This document shows positions 34,265 to 44,020 of a DNA stretch of 64,000 nucleotides, one piece after another. Made by a program: the position numbers and the translations under genes. Below the pieces are notes generated by a model, which had not been told where the DNA came from, did no database searches, and saw nothing but the letters and a program-made list of their open reading frames with translations. Source of the DNA: a bacterium (GTDB taxonomy: Bacteria > UBA8248); contig OZ241875.1 in NCBI GenBank assembly GCA_965203325.1, positions 4,290,702 through 4,354,701 on the forward strand, given 5' to 3'. Position 1 is the stretch's first letter. Each line of letters opens with the position of its first letter.

Positions 34265-35212
34265 ATGCTGACCTGGGGGATTTTGGGGCAGCTCCTGTGG
34301 ACGGGCTTCGCCGCCGCGACCTATTACTGCCTGTTCGCGGTCGCCTTCTCACTCGTCCTCAAAGTCAACAAGATATGGAACTTCGCCCAGGCGGGGGTGA
34401 TGGTGTTCGCCTACTACTCCCTGCTCGTGGCGTTCCGGCACTGGGGTTTACCGCTGGTTCCCGCCCTGGTTTTCGGGCTCCTGGTAACGCTTGGCGTATC
34501 GCTCGCCCTCGAGCGCTATGCCTTCATGGTTTTCCGCGACCGCAACTCCTCGATCCTGACCCTGTTCATCTTCACGATCGTGTTTTCTGAGTTCTCGGTC
34601 TACCTCATGGAACTGGTCTTCGGAACCGAACCGCAGACGCTTTACCCGAGCCTGTTGTGGCCCGTCGACTTATACGCCGGCATTGCGATCAGCCACTGGG
34701 ACTTGATGGCGATTGCGGTGACGGCGGTGCTGATGCTGCTCCTCTACCTGTTCATCCACCGCACGCGCTACGGCCGGTATCTGATTGCCGTCGCCGATAA
34801 CGAGAATCTGGCCGAAATATACGGTATCAGCCGAAAGCGCGCCTACGGCGTTTCGATCTCCATCGCTGCGGTGCTCATCACCGCCGGCATGTATCTCTTC
34901 GGGACCAAGGCGGCGCTGTTTCCCTCCACGCCGCTCCAGCATCTGTTGATCTTCGCCGTCATCGCGACGATTCTGGCCGGGATCGGCAACATCTTTCGCG
35001 CCGGAATCGCGGCGGTCGCGCTGAGCCTCATACAGGCTTTCAGCATTCTCGTCATCGCCTCCAAATGGCAGGCGTTGCTGGCCTATATTCTGATATTCGT
35101 CGTCATCATCTTCTTCCCGCGCGGTTTCGCCTTGCCGCGCAAGCTGAGCGGGCTGGTGAGACCATCGGGACGTTCCGCCGCCGTGGCGGTGGCCGACCCT
35201 GCGGGAGACTGA
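34265..35212 (+). CDS. Branched-chain amino acid ABC permease (LivH-like)
   Basis: 315 aa, ~8 TM; sequence and size match the LivH/BraD family. Confidence 0.8.
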   Translation: MLTWGILGQLLWTGFAAATYYCLFAVAFSLVLKVNKIWNFAQAGVMVFAYYSLLVAFRHWGLPLVPALVFGLLVTLGVSLALERYAFMVFRDRNSSILTLFIFTIVFSEFSVYLMELVFGTEPQTLYPSLLWPVDLYAGIAISHWDLMAIAVTAVLMLLLYLFIHRTRYGRYLIAVADNENLAEIYGISRKRAYGVSISIAAVLITAGMYLFGTKAALFPSTPLQHLLIFAVIATILAGIGNIFRAGIAAVALSLIQAFSILVIASKWQALLAYILIFVVIIFFPRGFALPRKLSGLVRPSGRSAAVAVADPAGD

Positions 35213-35219
35213 ACCGAAA

Positions 35220-36134
35220 ATGGAATATATCCTCACCGTCATGGTGCTCATCGGGATCAACGTGATCCTCGCTACGAGCTTCAACCTCATTCTGGGGTAC
35301 GGCGGGCTGATGAGCGTCGCCCATCCCATCTTCTATGCCATCGGGGCTTATTGCTCAGGACTTCTGGCGATTCACCTGCAGATTCCGGTTCCGCTCTCTA
35401 TCCTGATAGGAGCAGCAATCGCGATGGTGCTTTCGTTCGGCGTGTCTTTGCCCTCGCTTCGCGTGTCGGGCGATTACCTCGTCATCGCCAGCATCGGGTT
35501 TCAGTTGGGTATACTGCACGTTATCAACAACCTCGAATTCACCGGCGCGGCCGGCGGGCTGACCAACATTCCGGTGCTGAACGAAGGCCCCTCGAGAAGT
35601 CTCGTCTTCGTCCTGCTCATCGCGGTCGTCGCAGCCTGCGCGGTTATGCTTGTGGGCTGGATCGTCGAAGGCGATTACGGGCGGGCCATCACCGCCATGC
35701 GCAACGACGAGGAGGCCTTCAGCGCCCTGGGCCGTAACGCGATGAACATCAAGATCGTCTTGTTCGCCATCGGCTCGGGCATGGCCGGCCTGGCGGGCGC
35801 GCTCTATGCCCATTATTTCGCCTACGTCACGCCCGAGCAGTTTGGCATATTCACTTCCGCGGCCCTGTTGACGATGGTGGTCGTGGGCGGCGCCGCCACG
35901 ACGTGGGGACCCCTGGTGGGCGCGGTGCTCCTGACGACCCTTCCGCAAGCCATCACGTTTCTTGGTCTGCCCGTCTCCATCATGGCGCCGCTTCAGGGCG
36001 TCATCTACACGACGCTCGTTATTTCCTTCCTCTTCACGCGGCCCCAGGGCCTGACGGGAGGCACCAGGGGCGGTGGAGGGCTCGAGGCCTGGAGCGCGAG
36101 CGCGGCCTTCAGGGCGAGGAGGGATGCGGAGTGA
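35220..36134 (+). CDS. Branched-chain amino acid ABC permease (LivM-like)
   Basis: 304 aa, multi-TM. Sits between LivH and the ATPase genes. Confidence 0.8.
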   Translation: MEYILTVMVLIGINVILATSFNLILGYGGLMSVAHPIFYAIGAYCSGLLAIHLQIPVPLSILIGAAIAMVLSFGVSLPSLRVSGDYLVIASIGFQLGILHVINNLEFTGAAGGLTNIPVLNEGPSRSLVFVLLIAVVAACAVMLVGWIVEGDYGRAITAMRNDEEAFSALGRNAMNIKIVLFAIGSGMAGLAGALYAHYFAYVTPEQFGIFTSAALLTMVVVGGAATTWGPLVGAVLLTTLPQAITFLGLPVSIMAPLQGVIYTTLVISFLFTRPQGLTGGTRGGGGLEAWSASAAFRARRDAE

Positions 36135-36901
36135 GCGCAATCGTCAGGGTCGAGGATCTGCACAAGAGTTTCGGCGGAATCGTGGTGGCGGACGACGTCA
36201 ACCTGAGCTTCGAAGCGGGCGAGATCGTCGGCCTCATCGGTCCCAACGGCGCGGGCAAGACGTCTTTGTTCAACCTGATCTCGGGCGTCATTCCCCCCGA
36301 TGCGGGATCGATATTCGTGGAAAGCCATCGCGTGGATCAACTGCCCATGCACCACCGTGCGCGGATCGGCCTGGCCCGAACCTGGCAGAACACGCGCATG
36401 TTTCACTCCATGTCGGTGATAGACAACCTGCTGATAGCAACGCGGCGCTACCCCGGAGAATCGCTGGCGCGCATTCTGTTTCGTCGCCGCTCGGTCGACG
36501 CCTTCCGCCAGGAGGCGACGGAAAAAGCCATGGTGCTTCTCGAGCGGGTAGGGCTCGCGGACAAGATGCACGAGATGGCGATCGAGCTCTCCTACGGCCA
36601 GCAGAAGCGGATCGGCCTGGCCCGGGCGCTGATGAGCGACGCGGCGTGCCTGTTGCTGGACGAACCCATGGCGGGGGTCGAAGGGCAGGCGTATGAAACG
36701 ATCATCCGTGTGATCCGAGAAGAGGCCCAGGCCGGTCGCGCGGTCTGCGTGGTGGAGCACAACATCTCGTTTATCCGCGACATCAGCGATCGCACGGTTT
36801 TCATGTTCAACGGATGTGTTCTGGCCAGCGGATCCGTCGACGAACTGACGCGCGATTCGCAACTCACGGACCTGTACTTCGGCGGCGAACACCCGCAGTA
36901 A
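36131..36901 (+). CDS. Branched-chain amino acid ABC ATPase (LivG-like)
   Basis: GTG start overlapping the livM stop (GTGA). Walker A GPNGAGKTS, signature LSYGQQKR, Walker B LLLDEP. Confidence 0.85.
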   Translation: MSAIVRVEDLHKSFGGIVVADDVNLSFEAGEIVGLIGPNGAGKTSLFNLISGVIPPDAGSIFVESHRVDQLPMHHRARIGLARTWQNTRMFHSMSVIDNLLIATRRYPGESLARILFRRRSVDAFRQEATEKAMVLLERVGLADKMHEMAIELSYGQQKRIGLARALMSDAACLLLDEPMAGVEGQAYETIIRVIREEAQAGRAVCVVEHNISFIRDISDRTVFMFNGCVLASGSVDELTRDSQLTDLYFGGEHPQ

Positions 36902-36914
36902 TCGAGAGAGAGCG

Positions 36915-37598
36915 ATGTTCGAAATCCAAAACCTCACGGCCCGCTACGGGCCGCTTGTCGCCGTGAACGATGTGTCGCTGTCTTTCGATACCGGTGTGCG
37001 GATGGGAATTTTCGGTCACAACGGTTCGGGCAAGTCGACGCTCCTCAAATGCCTGGTCGGCGGTGTCAGGGATGTTTCCGGCGCCGTGGCTTTTGGTGGT
37101 TCGACTATCGTTCCCGATCAGGTTCACCGCAACGTCATGCTGGGAATCGGCTTCGTGCCGCAGGTCCAGAACGTTTTCCCGAATCTCACGGTCGAGCAGA
37201 ATCTCCACATTGCGGGTTCGAAATCAGACTCCTCGTTTCTCGATGAAGCCTATGCCCTTTTTCCGCTGCTGCGGGAACGCCAGGACCAGCTTGCAGGCGA
37301 CATGAGCGGTGGAGAGCAGCAGATGCTCGCCGTCGCGCTGGCCTTGATGACGAGGCCGCAAGTCCTCCTGCTCGACGAACCGACGGCAGGCCTCGCGCCC
37401 GCAATCGTGAAGAACGTGCTGGGCTCGCTCTCGCGCATCAACACGGAACTCGGTACCGGGCTGATCCTCGTCGAGCAGAACGTGCTTGCCGCCCTGGATG
37501 TCGTCGAGCGCGCCATCGTGCTCAAGGGCGGGCGCGTGGTATTCGACGGCGCGAGCGAAGAACTGCGCGCAAAGGAAGATTTGTGGGCCTGGTTCTGA
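36915..37598 (+). CDS. Branched-chain amino acid ABC ATPase (LivF-like)
   Basis: Walker A GHNGSGKST, signature MSGGEQQM, Walker B LLLDEP. Confidence 0.85.
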   Translation: MFEIQNLTARYGPLVAVNDVSLSFDTGVRMGIFGHNGSGKSTLLKCLVGGVRDVSGAVAFGGSTIVPDQVHRNVMLGIGFVPQVQNVFPNLTVEQNLHIAGSKSDSSFLDEAYALFPLLRERQDQLAGDMSGGEQQMLAVALALMTRPQVLLLDEPTAGLAPAIVKNVLGSLSRINTELGTGLILVEQNVLAALDVVERAIVLKGGRVVFDGASEELRAKEDLWAWF

Positions 37599-37605
37599 CT
37601 CCGTA

Positions 37606-37629
37606 AATCGTCGGTGCGATTGCTTTTTT
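37606..37629 (+). terminator. Weak intrinsic terminator after liv operon (AATCG-tcggtg-CGATT + GCTTTTTTATTTT)
   Basis: 5-bp stem followed by a T-tract, 8 nt after the livF stop. It overlaps the convergent gene's stop. Confidence 0.35.
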
Positions 37630-38998
37630 ATTTTACCCCGATGGCGTCAATCTGGACCAGCGCTTCCGCGACCGGGCCGGGGCCGTGCACTATCACGCAC
37701 TCGAACGCGGGCAGATCCTCGTCGATGAAAGTTTCGCGAACCGCCTCGTAGACCGCCAGGTCCGCCGGATCGGAGAGATACACCCGGGTCATGGCGATGT
37801 CTTCCAGTTCCATGCCCGCACCTGAAGCGCTTGCGCGCAACTGCTCCCACGCCATCCAGCATTGCGCGGCGAGACCTGGCCGCCGCTCTATATCTTCCAT
37901 AGGCAACACGGCGCGCCGACCCGCCTCGGGAAGGGTGTCCGTGCTCCGGACGATCTCTCCCGCCTCGTCGACGCCCACCATGCCCGAGAAGTAAACAACC
38001 GGCCCCGCCTGCGTGACGGCGGGAGCCGCGAAGGGCGCCTCCCCCGGCCAGGGGAACGATTGGCGGGCGAGTCCGCTTTTCCGATCCATGGCGGTGATTT
38101 CAATCTCGATGCGCGTGCCGCGGTGGCCCACCTCGTCAAATCCCACGACGCAAAGCGATGGCTGGACCTCCGGGAAGAAGTGGGTGTGCACCCGGTGGAA
38201 CGTGGAGAAATCGCGCAGGTCGCCCAGGAAAATCGACACGTTCACGACATCTTCCATATCCATGCCGTTGCCTGTCAGCGTACGGCGCAATTCGTTGTAA
38301 ACGTACCAGGTCTGGGATGCGATCGGACCGTGGCGGCTATCGGGATGGCTGCGCCCCGTCGAGAGGAAACGACCTTCCTCCGGCACGTCGTCATAAGAGT
38401 TGACCAGCGGCTTTCCGGGTTCTGCCGTCTTGATCGGGATGTGCCCGGCGAAGAAGGCGAACGGGCCCGAGCGTATTGCCTGACAGTAATGTGAGGCCGC
38501 GGGCAGGTCGGCGTCGTAGACGTCGGTCATCACCTGACGCTCGCCGAACACGCCGCCGGCTTCCGTGCAGGCGGCGATGGCGTCGACCCCGATCCAGTGT
38601 CTGCCGCGTCCGATCACGTCCGCAACTCCCAGTCCGCTGCTGGGAGCGGGCGTCGGCTGCCAATGCACCCGGACGTGTTCGTAGCTGGGGAAATAACGCT
38701 TGTCGCGCTGCCAGATGTGCTGGCGCAGCACCTGATCGGAGGGCGTTCCCGCCGCATGGAGAACTTTTTCGAGGCTGTCGTGTACCGCCCAGGAGTCGGC
38801 GACAACCCTGCCCTCGGTGAGGTCTGCGAGCGGATAGCCCTGCATTTGCTCGCGTCCCGCCTCGGGCAGGTCCGCGAACCCCGCCGGAACGTCGGGCCTT
38901 AAGCCTGAGACGAACAAAAGTTCGCCGGCCTTGACCGCCACCGGGTAGGGCGGGAAAGCGGGGCTGACATCCTCACAAACGATAGGAGTCTTCTTCAT
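37628..38998 (-). CDS. Triple tandem RidA/YjgF/TdcF-like domain protein (456 aa)
   Basis: Three ~150-aa repeats, each with the RidA-like core (AVKAGELLFVSG; AIRSGPFAFFAGHIP; VTQAGPVVYFSGMVG) and the C-terminal ...IEI.A motif. Confidence 0.7.
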   Translation of the reverse strand: MKKTPIVCEDVSPAFPPYPVAVKAGELLFVSGLRPDVPAGFADLPEAGREQMQGYPLADLTEGRVVADSWAVHDSLEKVLHAAGTPSDQVLRQHIWQRDKRYFPSYEHVRVHWQPTPAPSSGLGVADVIGRGRHWIGVDAIAACTEAGGVFGERQVMTDVYDADLPAASHYCQAIRSGPFAFFAGHIPIKTAEPGKPLVNSYDDVPEEGRFLSTGRSHPDSRHGPIASQTWYVYNELRRTLTGNGMDMEDVVNVSIFLGDLRDFSTFHRVHTHFFPEVQPSLCVVGFDEVGHRGTRIEIEITAMDRKSGLARQSFPWPGEAPFAAPAVTQAGPVVYFSGMVGVDEAGEIVRSTDTLPEAGRRAVLPMEDIERRPGLAAQCWMAWEQLRASASGAGMELEDIAMTRVYLSDPADLAVYEAVRETFIDEDLPAFECVIVHGPGPVAEALVQIDAIGVK

Positions 38999-39083
38999 CG
39001 CTCAATACACCTCCGTGGGTCGGCAAATCGTGCCGCCATGGTTCGAGGCAAGGTTTTCTCCATTGCCCGATGATTTGAATCGC

Positions 39084-39845
39084 CTACATCGCCAAAGTGC
39101 CGCCGTCACACGATATGAAGGCGCCGTTCATGAAATCATTCTCGTCCGAGGCCATGAAGAGCGAGACCTCCGCCATCTCCTCGGGAGTCGCAAAGCGGTT
39201 CACGGGTATCCGGGGCAGTTTCGCCCTGGCGCGCTCCGGGTCGTTGATGTGAATCTCTTTCACGCGTTCGCTCTCGGTGGTGCCCGGCATGAGGCAATTG
39301 ACGCGCAGCCCCAGAGGGCCGAGTTCCACGGCGAGGGCGCGCGTCAGGTTGTGCATGGAGGTCTTCGTGGCGCAGTAGAGGGCGTTGCCGGGCACCCCGC
39401 GCTCGCCGTCGATGGAGCCGATCATCAGTATCTTGCCCTTGCCCTGGGGCGCCATAAGCCTGGCCGCCTCGCGCGTGGCGATGAAAACGGATTTCGCATT
39501 CACCTCATACAACTCGTCGATCTGCTCGTCTGTGAACTCCAAAAAACTCTTGTGTGCCCGCATGGCGGCGCAGTTCACCATGATGTCGAGACCGCCGAGG
39601 AACTGCGCGCCGTCACTCATCACGTCGTTCGCTTTGCGCGCATCCCTCAGGTCGTAGCATCGTCCATCGATTTTAACGCCTCCCGCGCTGCAATCGGCGA
39701 TGATTCCGTCGAGGCGCGCCTGGTTGAAACCGCCCGCCGCCCAGATGGATGCGCCCTCCGCGCTGAATCTGCGTGTGATGGCCGCGCCGATGCCCGATGA
39801 GGCGCCCGTGACGATGACTCTTTTTCCTTCCAGCTTGCCCGGCAT
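39084..39845 (-). CDS. SDR-family oxidoreductase
   Basis: KRVIVTGASSGIGAA, NCAA, YCATKTS (YxxxK). Confidence 0.85.
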   Translation of the reverse strand: MPGKLEGKRVIVTGASSGIGAAITRRFSAEGASIWAAGGFNQARLDGIIADCSAGGVKIDGRCYDLRDARKANDVMSDGAQFLGGLDIMVNCAAMRAHKSFLEFTDEQIDELYEVNAKSVFIATREAARLMAPQGKGKILMIGSIDGERGVPGNALYCATKTSMHNLTRALAVELGPLGLRVNCLMPGTTESERVKEIHINDPERARAKLPRIPVNRFATPEEMAEVSLFMASDENDFMNGAFISCDGGTLAM

Positions 39846-39869
39846 ATCTCGCTCCTTGACGTGAAAAAA

Positions 39870-40754
39870 CTATTCCTCATCCGGCAGAAGCGCGGATTCT
39901 CCCATCGAAAGCGGGTCGCGCATCGGCCAGCGCCCGGCGTCCACCTCGGTGATGAACTCGAGAACGACCCGGTTGAACATGGCGGGTTCTTCGAGGTTGA
40001 TGAGGTGGCCGGCGTTGGGGAAGGTGACGAGGGCAGCCGTCTGAATGTTGCGCTTCATGAACAGCCCTGGTTCCAGGCAGGGGAAATCTTCATCCCCCGT
40101 GAGGACGAGCGTGGGCACGGAGCAGTTCTTCATCTGCTCTCCGAGTTCGTAGACCGAGGGTCTTACGCTTTGCACCCCGCGCATCGTGTTGGCGCAGCCC
40201 AGGGGGGAATGGCTCATGAAGTGATCGATGAATTTCTGATAGCCGATGGCGTCTTTTCGTTTGAGCTGCATTCTTGTGGGACCGGCGGTGTAGACCGGGC
40301 CGAACTTCTCCATGCCCTCGTTCAGGAACCGGTCGGCCACGGCTTCAGCGTCTTTTTGGAATCGTTCACGCTGATCCATGTCGGAGCCGTAACCGCAGCC
40401 TGCCACAACGATGGAGCGGGTAAGTTCCGGGTGGCGGAGGCCTAAATGGAGGGTCGCATAGCCGCCCATCGAAAGTCCCACGACATGGGCGGGTGCGAGG
40501 TCCAGATCCCTGATGAGGCCGGCCAGATCGTTTGCGGCGATGTCCTGGCTGTATTGTGATGCGTCTTCGGGCACCTCGGAGGGCGGGAATCCTCTCGCGT
40601 TGTAGGTGATGACCCTGTATCTGCGGTTGAAATAGCGGACCTGATCCTCCCAACTGCGGCAGTCGCCCGCGAATTCATGAACGAAGACGATGGGCGCGCC
40701 CTCGCCGCTGGTTTCGTAATACAGACTGACGCCGTTTGTTCTCACTTCGGGCAT
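39870..40754 (-). CDS. Alpha/beta-fold hydrolase
   Basis: IVFVHEFAGD, nucleophile elbow VVGLSMGGY (GxSxG), 294 aa. Confidence 0.8.
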   Translation of the reverse strand: MPEVRTNGVSLYYETSGEGAPIVFVHEFAGDCRSWEDQVRYFNRRYRVITYNARGFPPSEVPEDASQYSQDIAANDLAGLIRDLDLAPAHVVGLSMGGYATLHLGLRHPELTRSIVVAGCGYGSDMDQRERFQKDAEAVADRFLNEGMEKFGPVYTAGPTRMQLKRKDAIGYQKFIDHFMSHSPLGCANTMRGVQSVRPSVYELGEQMKNCSVPTLVLTGDEDFPCLEPGLFMKRNIQTAALVTFPNAGHLINLEEPAMFNRVVLEFITEVDAGRWPMRDPLSMGESALLPDEE

Positions 40755-41060
40755 GGTGTTCTCCTCGCAGGATGACGTGTGGTTATGAAATTCGTTTCTT
40801 ACGGGAGAATCGGCGAAATGACAACGTGGAAGAGCGAATTCTCACTTATTTTCAGGCGTCGCGTCCCTATGGTCGGCGTTGCTGAAGATTTGGTAAAGGT
40901 TCGTCGTCAGTGAGGTTGATTTCTTTTTGGAGGGCTTGATTTCTGCGGCGGTCTGGCTCATGATAACCACGATTCACCACAGTGTTCGAGGTTGACAAGA
41001 AATTGACTTGGCACATCGCCCAATCACATCAAAATTGAAACTTCGGGATTCCCTGAAAGA

Positions 41061-42497
41061 TTGTTCAAGAATGGGAGAAAGAACTTGTCTACGGCGCCGG
41101 AGAAGCCAAGGCTCGCGATTCACAGAAAATCTGAAAGGAAGTTGCAGTGGGAGACAATCTTCGTCATCGGGATGATTCATCTTCTCGCCCTCATGGCATT
41201 TGACCTGGATTATTTCAGCGTTTCCGGCCTCGTGGTGGGAATCGTGATGTATTTCGTCGCCGGAATGGTGGGCGTGACGATGTCCTACCACAGACTCCTG
41301 ACGCACAGGAGTTTCCAGACGTATAAGCCGGTGGAGTATTTCCTGACTTTCTGCGCTTGCCAGGCGCTTCAGAGCGGCCCAATCGAGTGGGTAGCGATGC
41401 ACCGCATTCACCACAAGGAATCGGACGAGGAGCCGGATCCGCATTCCCCGCTCGTGAATTTCCTGTGGGCGCACGCCGGGTGGCTTTTCGTCAGCCTGCC
41501 GGACGCGCACACCTACAATGAGTATTCTCGCTTCGCGAAGGATTTGCACCGCGACAAGTGGCAGCGCTTTTTCGACATGTTCTTTTTCCCCATCTATGTC
41601 TTGACCGCGGTGGCCATTTACTTCGCCGGGGAGGTGTACGGCGGCCTGGGCATGTCCTGGCTCGTCTGGGGCGTGTTCGTGCGCACGGTCGTTTTGTGGC
41701 ACTGCACCTGGGCAGTGAATTCGGTAACGCACACCTTCGGCTACCGCAATTACAATACGGATGAGGAGAGCACCAACAACTGGCTCGTCGCAATTTTCTC
41801 CTTCGGCGAGGGTTGGCACAACAACCATCATGCGGACCAGCGCTCGGCCGCTCACGGCCAGCGGTGGTTCGAGGTGGACATCACCTACCGGCTTATCAAG
41901 ATCATGGAACTCTTCGGGCTTGTCTGGGGGGTGAGAGAGCCGAGCCAGCGGGTCGTGGCGAAAAGACTCGACATCATGGTGGATGAAGAGGGCTTGCGCG
42001 CCTCCGAGGCGAGAAGGTTGGATACAGAGGACGCCCGCTCCGAAGTGCTCCACACGATGACCGACCCCACGATGCCGCTGGAAGTCCCCCGTATGCCCTC
42101 ACTGACCGAAGCGAGCGAGGCGGCGATGAAATCGGCCCGAAAGGCCATGGAATCGGTCAACACGGCGCTCGCGCACGCTTCTCACGCGCTTCGACACAAA
42201 GAGAAAGAGGATAATGCCGACCAAGCCGTTCGCCAGGTGCTGGAAAAGGGCAAGGATACGGCGATGGCGGCCATCGAGCAGGCAAAATACGCCGCGGCGG
42301 AAGCCGCGGAGTTCTCCGCACAGGCGAGCGCATTTCTGGCGGATGCGAAAGACAAGGCGACGGAATCCGCCCATCAGGCGGCTGAAAGAGCGAAGTCGCT
42401 CGCACAGGAAGCAAGCGATGCGGCTTCGAAAGCCGCCGATGAAATTGCAGTCGCGTTCAAGGGAATCGACAGGCCGGTCATCACCTCCGCGATATAA
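41061..42497 (+). CDS. Acyl-CoA/acyl-lipid delta-9 desaturase with ~170-aa C-terminal Ala/Glu/Lys-rich helical extension
   Basis: Histidine boxes HRLLTHRSF, HRIHHKESD, and NNHHADQRSAAHG. The C-terminal tail is low-complexity and amphipathic (AAIEQAKYAAAEAAEFSAQASAFLADAKDKATESAHQAAERAKSLAQEASDAASKAADE). TTG start as in the track; true start uncertain. Confidence 0.8.
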   Translation: MFKNGRKNLSTAPEKPRLAIHRKSERKLQWETIFVIGMIHLLALMAFDLDYFSVSGLVVGIVMYFVAGMVGVTMSYHRLLTHRSFQTYKPVEYFLTFCACQALQSGPIEWVAMHRIHHKESDEEPDPHSPLVNFLWAHAGWLFVSLPDAHTYNEYSRFAKDLHRDKWQRFFDMFFFPIYVLTAVAIYFAGEVYGGLGMSWLVWGVFVRTVVLWHCTWAVNSVTHTFGYRNYNTDEESTNNWLVAIFSFGEGWHNNHHADQRSAAHGQRWFEVDITYRLIKIMELFGLVWGVREPSQRVVAKRLDIMVDEEGLRASEARRLDTEDARSEVLHTMTDPTMPLEVPRMPSLTEASEAAMKSARKAMESVNTALAHASHALRHKEKEDNADQAVRQVLEKGKDTAMAAIEQAKYAAAEAAEFSAQASAFLADAKDKATESAHQAAERAKSLAQEASDAASKAADEIAVAFKGIDRPVITSAI

Positions 42498-42513
42498 TAA
42501 CGAATTCTAACAA

Positions 42514-42541
42514 AGCCGGGGCGAATTGCTCCGGCTGTTTT
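42514..42541 (+). terminator. Rho-independent terminator after desaturase (AGCCGG-loop-CCGGCT + GTTTT)
   Basis: 6-bp GC stem at 42514-42519 / 42531-42536 and T-run at 42537-42541, 17 nt after the stop codon. Confidence 0.6.
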
Positions 42542-42666
42542 GCGCTTTGGTGAGGAGAAGAACGCTCCCGCCGGAGTTCGGACGCTGTTCTCGCGGGATT
42601 TTCGAGGGGTCGGGCGAGAGAGGAATCGGGTGCCCTTGGAATTTGCGGCCCGATGCCCGGAGCGCC

Positions 42667-42695
42667 TTGACGCTCCCGCTTCCGGCTCCTAGATT
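42667..42695 (+). promoter_or_regulatory. Sigma70-like promoter TTGACG-N17-TAGATT upstream of ilvC
   Basis: -35 at 42667-42672, 17-nt spacer, -10 at 42690-42695. This leaves a ~115-nt leader before the ilvC ATG. Confidence 0.5.
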
Positions 42696-42814
42696 ATGGT
42701 CTCTTTTTCGGCGGGGTTTCCTTCGAGTAGCCGAATTTTTTCGACAGGTGGTTTTTCGACCGATGTGAATCGTTTTTGGGTGGCGCGGCGAGGGCTGCGA
42801 ATCTTGGAGGGCCA

Positions 42815-43858
42815 ATGGCCATGAGTGAAGTGAATGAAGAACAATTATTAAAAGACCTGAAAATTTACTATGACGCCGATGCGGACCTGAATCTGCTGCA
42901 GAACAGAAAAATCGCCGTCATCGGCTACGGAAGCCAGGGGCGCGCTCATGCGCTGAATGCGCAGGACAGCGGCGCGGACGTCGTCGTGGGTCTCAGGAAA
43001 TCCTCCCCGCGCTGGAAACAGGCGGAAGACGACGGCCTCGAGGTGATGGAGACGGCCGAGGCGGCCCAGGCGGGCGACATGGTGGTCATCCTGACGCAGG
43101 ATCATCTTCAGCCCGCCATCTGGAATGCGGATATCGAACCCAACATGAAAGACGGCGACGCCTTGGTGGTTGCGCATGGCTTCAACCTGAATTACGGACA
43201 AATCATTCCTCCGGACAACATCGACGTCGTGATGATAGCGCCCAAAAGCCCGGGCCATACCATGCGGTTCCAATACGAGGACGGACGCGGCGTGCCGGGT
43301 CTGGTGGCCGTTTTCCAGGACGCTACGGGCAAGGCGAAGGAGTACGCCCTGGCGTACGGCAAGGCGGTGGGCTGCGCCCGCGCCGGCATCATCGAGACGA
43401 CCATCGAGGAGGAGACCGAGACGGACCTCTTCGGCGAGCAGGCGGTGCTGTGCGGCGGCATCACCGAGTTGATTCGCGTCGCGTTCGAGACGCTCGTGGA
43501 GGCCGGCTATCAGCCCGCACTGGCGTATTTCGAGTGTTTGCACGAGGTGAAGCTGATCACCGACCTGATCTACCAGGGCGGCATCACCATGATGCGCTAT
43601 TCGGTTTCCGATACGGCCGAATACGGAGACATCACGCGGGGTAAGGTCGTGATCGACGATGCGACGCGCGAGCGGATGCGCGGAATCCTGCGTGACATCC
43701 AGACCGGCAAATTCGCCAGCGAGTGGATCAACGAGAACATGGTGAACCGGCCGACGTTCAACACCGTGGTGCGCAAGGAGAAAGAGCACGACATCGAGGT
43801 GGTCGGCCGGCGTCTGCGCGCGATGATGCCCTGGATTGAGGAGCGCGAGGTGAAATAA
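42815..43858 (+). CDS. ilvC: Ketol-acid reductoisomerase (class I KARI)
   Basis: [22 protein letters not shown] (NADPH-binding GxGxxG), with length and motifs typical of bacterial class I IlvC. RBS GGAGGG. Confidence 0.9.
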   Translation: MAMSEVNEEQLLKDLKIYYDADADLNLLQNRKIAVIGYGSQGRAHALNAQDSGADVVVGLRKSSPRWKQAEDDGLEVMETAEAAQAGDMVVILTQDHLQPAIWNADIEPNMKDGDALVVAHGFNLNYGQIIPPDNIDVVMIAPKSPGHTMRFQYEDGRGVPGLVAVFQDATGKAKEYALAYGKAVGCARAGIIETTIEEETETDLFGEQAVLCGGITELIRVAFETLVEAGYQPALAYFECLHEVKLITDLIYQGGITMMRYSVSDTAEYGDITRGKVVIDDATRERMRGILRDIQTGKFASEWINENMVNRPTFNTVVRKEKEHDIEVVGRRLRAMMPWIEEREVK

Positions 43859-43881
43859 GGGGGAATTGGGAGACATCCCGA

Positions 43882-43917
43882 CCGGCGGAGTTCGTGCGGC
43901 TCCGCCGGTTTTTCTTT
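43882..43917 (+). terminator. Rho-independent terminator after ilvC (CCGGCGGAG-loop-CTCCGCCGG + TTTTTCTTT)
   Basis: Perfect 9-bp GC-rich stem at 43882-43890 / 43900-43908, T-tract at 43909-43917, 24 nt after the stop. Confidence 0.7.
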
Positions 43918-44020
43918 GAAAAATGTTGAATTATTTAGGGGTTATGTACTCCCCGCTTGAAAGAAAAGAGAGAGCGTCGTATTCTTGAAAGACGCTGTTT
44001 TCGGCCGCCGAGAGGTAGTG

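Noticed and set aside
41009-41014. TGGCAC hexamer upstream of the desaturase gene, as a possible sigma54 -24 element
   Set aside because: The required -12 element (TTGC) is absent at the correct spacing (TGGCACatcgcCCAAT).
42696-42814. Possible ilv-type leader peptide/attenuator in the ilvC 5' leader
   Set aside because: The only small ORF ([23 protein letters not shown]) is not enriched in Ile/Val/Leu codons, and no terminator/antiterminator pair is evident.
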